A stretch of DNA of 54,174 bases, counting the filler, from Sphacelaria rigidula (lineage: Eukaryota): assembly GCA_964200075.2 (NCBI GenBank). It is 3 parts of 3 records of this genome, joined end to end, with 100 filler letters (N's around TTAATTAATTAA, not from the genome) between each part and the next. Parts side by side here need not be neighbours in the genome. Positions count along the whole stretch, not along the records: positions 36,189 to 54,174 come from CAXNAA020000945.1; 2 more parts are not named here. One strand, 5' to 3'. The notes below the pieces were generated by a model. The model saw nothing but the letters and a program-made list of their open reading frames with translations. It ran no database searches and was not told the origin of the DNA. Both the position numbers and the translations under genes were made by a program. Positions 50,221 to 54,174 of this stretch are shown here, piece after piece. Each line of letters starts with the position of its first letter. The first letter of the stretch is position 1.

Positions 50221-50484
50221 ATGCAACTCCCAGCTCGACGTAATGACAGTAACGACGTGTCTTTGAGGGTGGCAGCCAACAACGATCGCACGATGCTCTA
50301 TATCGTAGACATGTGCGAGCTGAATCCATGTTCGCACCAGTGTGTATGCAGCAGCAATTGTGCCCCCAATGGCGCGGCCGCTAGCCGTTGCTGCATAGGG
50401 TGCGAAGGAGCGGCAGACTCTGCCATTGATGCGTGTTGCAGTCGTCGTACAATCGGTCCACCTGATCCCCCGGCTGCTTCTTGA
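50221..50484 (+). pseudogene. Candidate terminal exon with a decayed RING-HC-like motif
   Basis: Acceptor ccatctcactctgtcaccgacag. Encodes LNPCSHQCVCSSNC..RCCIGC. Confidence 0.4.
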
Positions 50485-52639
50485 TGTCGGTATATTGAAC
50501 TGATTGACTTTGATCGGCGTCAAAGAAGGGGTGGTGAACGTGGTTTCTTAGGTAGCTTTCCGTCACTGCAAAAATATATATGAGAAAAGATCGCACAAGA
50601 ATATTTACAACGATTACTTTTCAAAACTATAATGACGTAAAATTGACCCCAGTAGGACCCAGGTCGTCTCCAAACGAAATCTGTGCCAAGTTGGACTCGG
50701 TCACAATACTTGGTTAATAGTATGGGACAGGCCGTGCTATGTTGTGGTCTCGGGGCGCTTTCCTGTTTGAACGAAACAAAATGCCGGCTCTTGATCGCTG
50801 GCCGCTTGATCGCCCCACCCTCTGCTGATGTGAGCGGTTTAGCGCCGCCCGAAAACAATCAAGACGCCATCAACTCTACATCATGATGTAGCGCTCACAC
50901 GCCCTGATTCCCGAAAGAGTTTACCAAAACTCACAGCACCGGCATAGCACCAAAACAAAGGATTTTTGGTGATGTCATTCGAAAATTAAGGAAGGTTGCA
51001 TGAGGCGAGGCATACAACATCGGTCAAATGTAGCGTTCACAACAGACTCAAGCCACGAGTCTTCATCAACCATACAATCAAACCTTAACAATCAAGATAT
51101 TCCCCCCCCCAAAAGGTGCTCCGTCTCGAAAGGGATGCGTGGTCAATGGTCAAATGACTAAGGCAAGCAACAAATGAGTACGCCCCCCCAAAAGGAATCG
51201 CTCAGTCCATGATAGCGCGCTTCAATACCAACGATATTACTTTAGGTGAGCACTTTAAACTGGGCCAGCCTAGAAACGCAACTGTAGGTTGTAGGCGATT
51301 TAGCAACTCAGCTCTGAGAGTTTTGCTTTGAAATGGCACTTTTGGGCTGGTTTTTTTTTTTGGGGGGGGGGGGGGTACTTATTTGGTTTGGGGGGGGGGG
51401 CGTACTCATTTGTTGCTTGCCTTAGTCGTTTGATCATTGACCACGCATCCCTTTCGAGACGGAGCTATTTTTGGGGGGGGAGGGGCTATCGTAGAAAGTG
51501 TCAAATTTGGTCTGGAGAATCGCAAGGGCATACGAAAACTAAACACCGGTATGTTGAGATGTATTGTTTTGTCCATGTACGGACAAAAAACAATATATAT
51601 TTCTCACAAGACCGTCCTTTACTCACGAAAAATAGGAAGAAACATTTCCCTGTCTTGAACACGGGATGAGGAAACACAAGCGGCCAGCACAATCGATACT
51701 ACAGGCAAGCAGTTGGGTTGCACCGGAGACTCACCAGGGAGTTCGGTTCAAATAGCACTGCATCATGCAAAACATAGACTCACTTTCACGTGCAGAGAAG
51801 TGCTCTTGACTTGCTTGCAAGCGAGACGTCTTTAAGTGGTTGACTGATAGCTTTGTTACTAGGCGCTGCTACTGGGTAGCTAAACGACAAGAAATGGGTA
51901 GCTCAAAGTTGTGACAGAACGTGTGCGCAACACATCAAACTGGAACACAACACTAATATGCGAATGGAATACGACTTATTGCACATGCCATGCGTGCTTC
52001 GAAACGTCTGCTACATGTACAGCTGATGTCCGCCGTAACATCCCCGTCCCTTGCTTTGTGCACGCTGCTAATGCAAGGTGAAGGAAGTCATAGCTCAATT
52101 CACGCCGGGGGTAATTCCCTCAAGTCTGTATGCCATCAGCCTAATATCACGTCAACGACGAGAAAACCACAGAATTTCGGGGCTAGGATTCACCGCGGGA
52201 AAAACTCGTCATGGAACCGCAAGGATGGGCAAAACCTGTTATTCAGGCAAAAGTCTCATCGCTTGGGGAAAACAATCTCTCACGTCCTTCCAGATCATGG
52301 TGACTGTTTTTGCGTGTGCCATATCTTCCCGGGATCTCAGTTAGACTGGAGAACAGAAGCCACCGAAAATAGAATGTGACTATTCTCAGATAGTAACGGC
52401 GCTTAGATACCCCTGATTGGTTACACCAATCCTGGGTAGTGTCAGACTCCCAAAAAGCTGACCCACTGAAAATAACTCCAAGAAAGCGTTTACTGGTTGA
52501 TGGGAGCGCTGCACGCTTTTCTCCTATCGATCAGTACCCGCTAACCTACCGGACACTGGCAGACTATATCGTAGATCCAACAGTTTAGTCACGATACAGT
52601 GTCCCGGCAGGTACACGGCGCCCACCCTGTTGTGCAATG

Positions 52640-54075
52640 CTAACGGATGGATATTCCACACCTTGGACAACACAATATGTTTTCAATATATATAAGTCGA
52701 TCATATTGAAATTTTGCGATATATTGCCGTCGTAATATATATTGGTACCCTTGGATCGCACACGTACTGCGCACCCAATATATGTTGATGTCGTGGGACT
52801 GGATACGTATTGCCCGCCCAATACATACTGGTACCGTGGGGTTGAACAATATATTGTCCCATCAATATATATATATATTGGGGCAGTGTGGGTGACGGCA
52901 TGTTGCACGAGTAATATATATTAGGGTCGCGTTGGTGAGAACATATTGACCGGCCAATATATTTTAGATCTGCGTGGGTGCAATGTTTTGGCCGGTCAAT
53001 ATATATCGGATGTTATAAGTATGGTGTACACTTTGAGAAAGATCCAGGCGCGGTGGATGCCGGAGCCCGTGCAGATTGGGAAACGCTTCGAAGGGAGCCG
53101 CAGAAGTTCACGTGCATTGATACGAAGAGTTGTCAAATTCGTTTGATATATATATATATATATATATATGCATACTGGTCAGAAAATATGGTGGCAGAAG
53201 AGGCGACCCGGTATATATGCCTTCTGATACCTATCTGGTCACCGGTACGGGGACGCCCACCCCCTTCACAGCATGTAATATATCTTCGGTGGACATCACG
53301 ACGACGGAAAACGCGGGTCGATATGCGTCTTTTGGTGCCCCTGTGGTCACCGGTTCTGTGTTGCTTATACCCTGGACAATATAATACGTTTCAATATGGT
53401 ACAAATACTTTGTATTGGAGATAGCGCATATATTGTCCTTTCCATATATATTCTGTTGAGAGTCCTCGAAGATAGTGAAGCAACAATATATATTTCTCGT
53501 GTCATGATCGTGAAGTAATGTGTGACAATATACATTGGACATGCATTGCTTCGGGAACAAAACATTCAACATATATATTGTGCATGCCGGCCGTATATGT
53601 ATTGAAGTTTCAAAATGTATTGAGTTGAAGCGATGCGTAACATATTGTTGTCATATTTTGTTTCAACCCCAAAATATATTGAGCCCAAACCATGCACAAC
53701 CATTATTTTCCCAATATATATTGCGCACGCTCATTGTTTAGCTATTGCTATATCAATATATGTTGAACACACCCGCGAAGGAATACATTGAGCGTGTTCG
53801 GCATGTGGTGATACATCGTTCAATGGCGCCCGCGAACATAGAACTGCCCACCATACTTATTCAAATAGACTTTGCGATCTACGTGTTGAAAATCAATATA
53901 TATATATATATATATACGGTATATATATCGCTGCACCAATGTGTATTGTGACCGTCTGTTCCCTCGTGTATTGTTCGCCCAATATATATTGGACGCATTG
54001 ACGCACGACATTTTGGGGCGGCAATATATATTGGCGCTTCGGGTGTTGAGTATATCGAATCATCTATATATAACA
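52640..54075. repeat. AT-rich repeat region with many aatatatatt motifs, probable non-autonomous DNA transposon
   Basis: Recurrent caatatatattg palindromes. Internal duplication 52660-52692 / 53370-53400. Confidence 0.5.
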
Positions 54076-54174
54076 GTGTTTTCGTGAGATTGATAGTAGA
54101 TGATACGATTGAGAGTGGCTTTGATCATTCGCTCTAAGTGAGTCATTTTTTTATTCCACGTGCGCTTTTCTTTA

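Overview
Repeat-dense eukaryotic genomic DNA with two N-gaps that carry a TTAATTAATTAA assembly spacer. The exon architecture and repeat types point to a brown alga (Phaeophyceae), which is an inference. Host coding content is sparse. Two isolated 72-nt, phase 1-1 exons on the minus strand (9436-9507 and 312-383) each encode exactly one 24-aa LRR and lie about 9 kb apart. A plus-strand spliced gene or pseudogene (about 46217-50484) has three 25-aa repeats with RVxF-like motifs and a decayed RING-like last exon. The rest is mostly mobile DNA: a two-LTR Ty1/copia element lacking its integrase core, a second copia RT/RNase H fragment, RTE-like LINE fragments, two tRNA-derived SINE families, MITEs (two with perfect 8-bp TSDs), long hairpins and microsatellites. 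An unidentified 2.6-kb decayed coding island ends in a long (ATA/ATC)n tail. I found no system I can confidently call new. The best leads are the one-exon-one-LRR gene, the coding island, the tRNA-half-bracketed copia fragment and the long hairpins. All alignments were done by eye.
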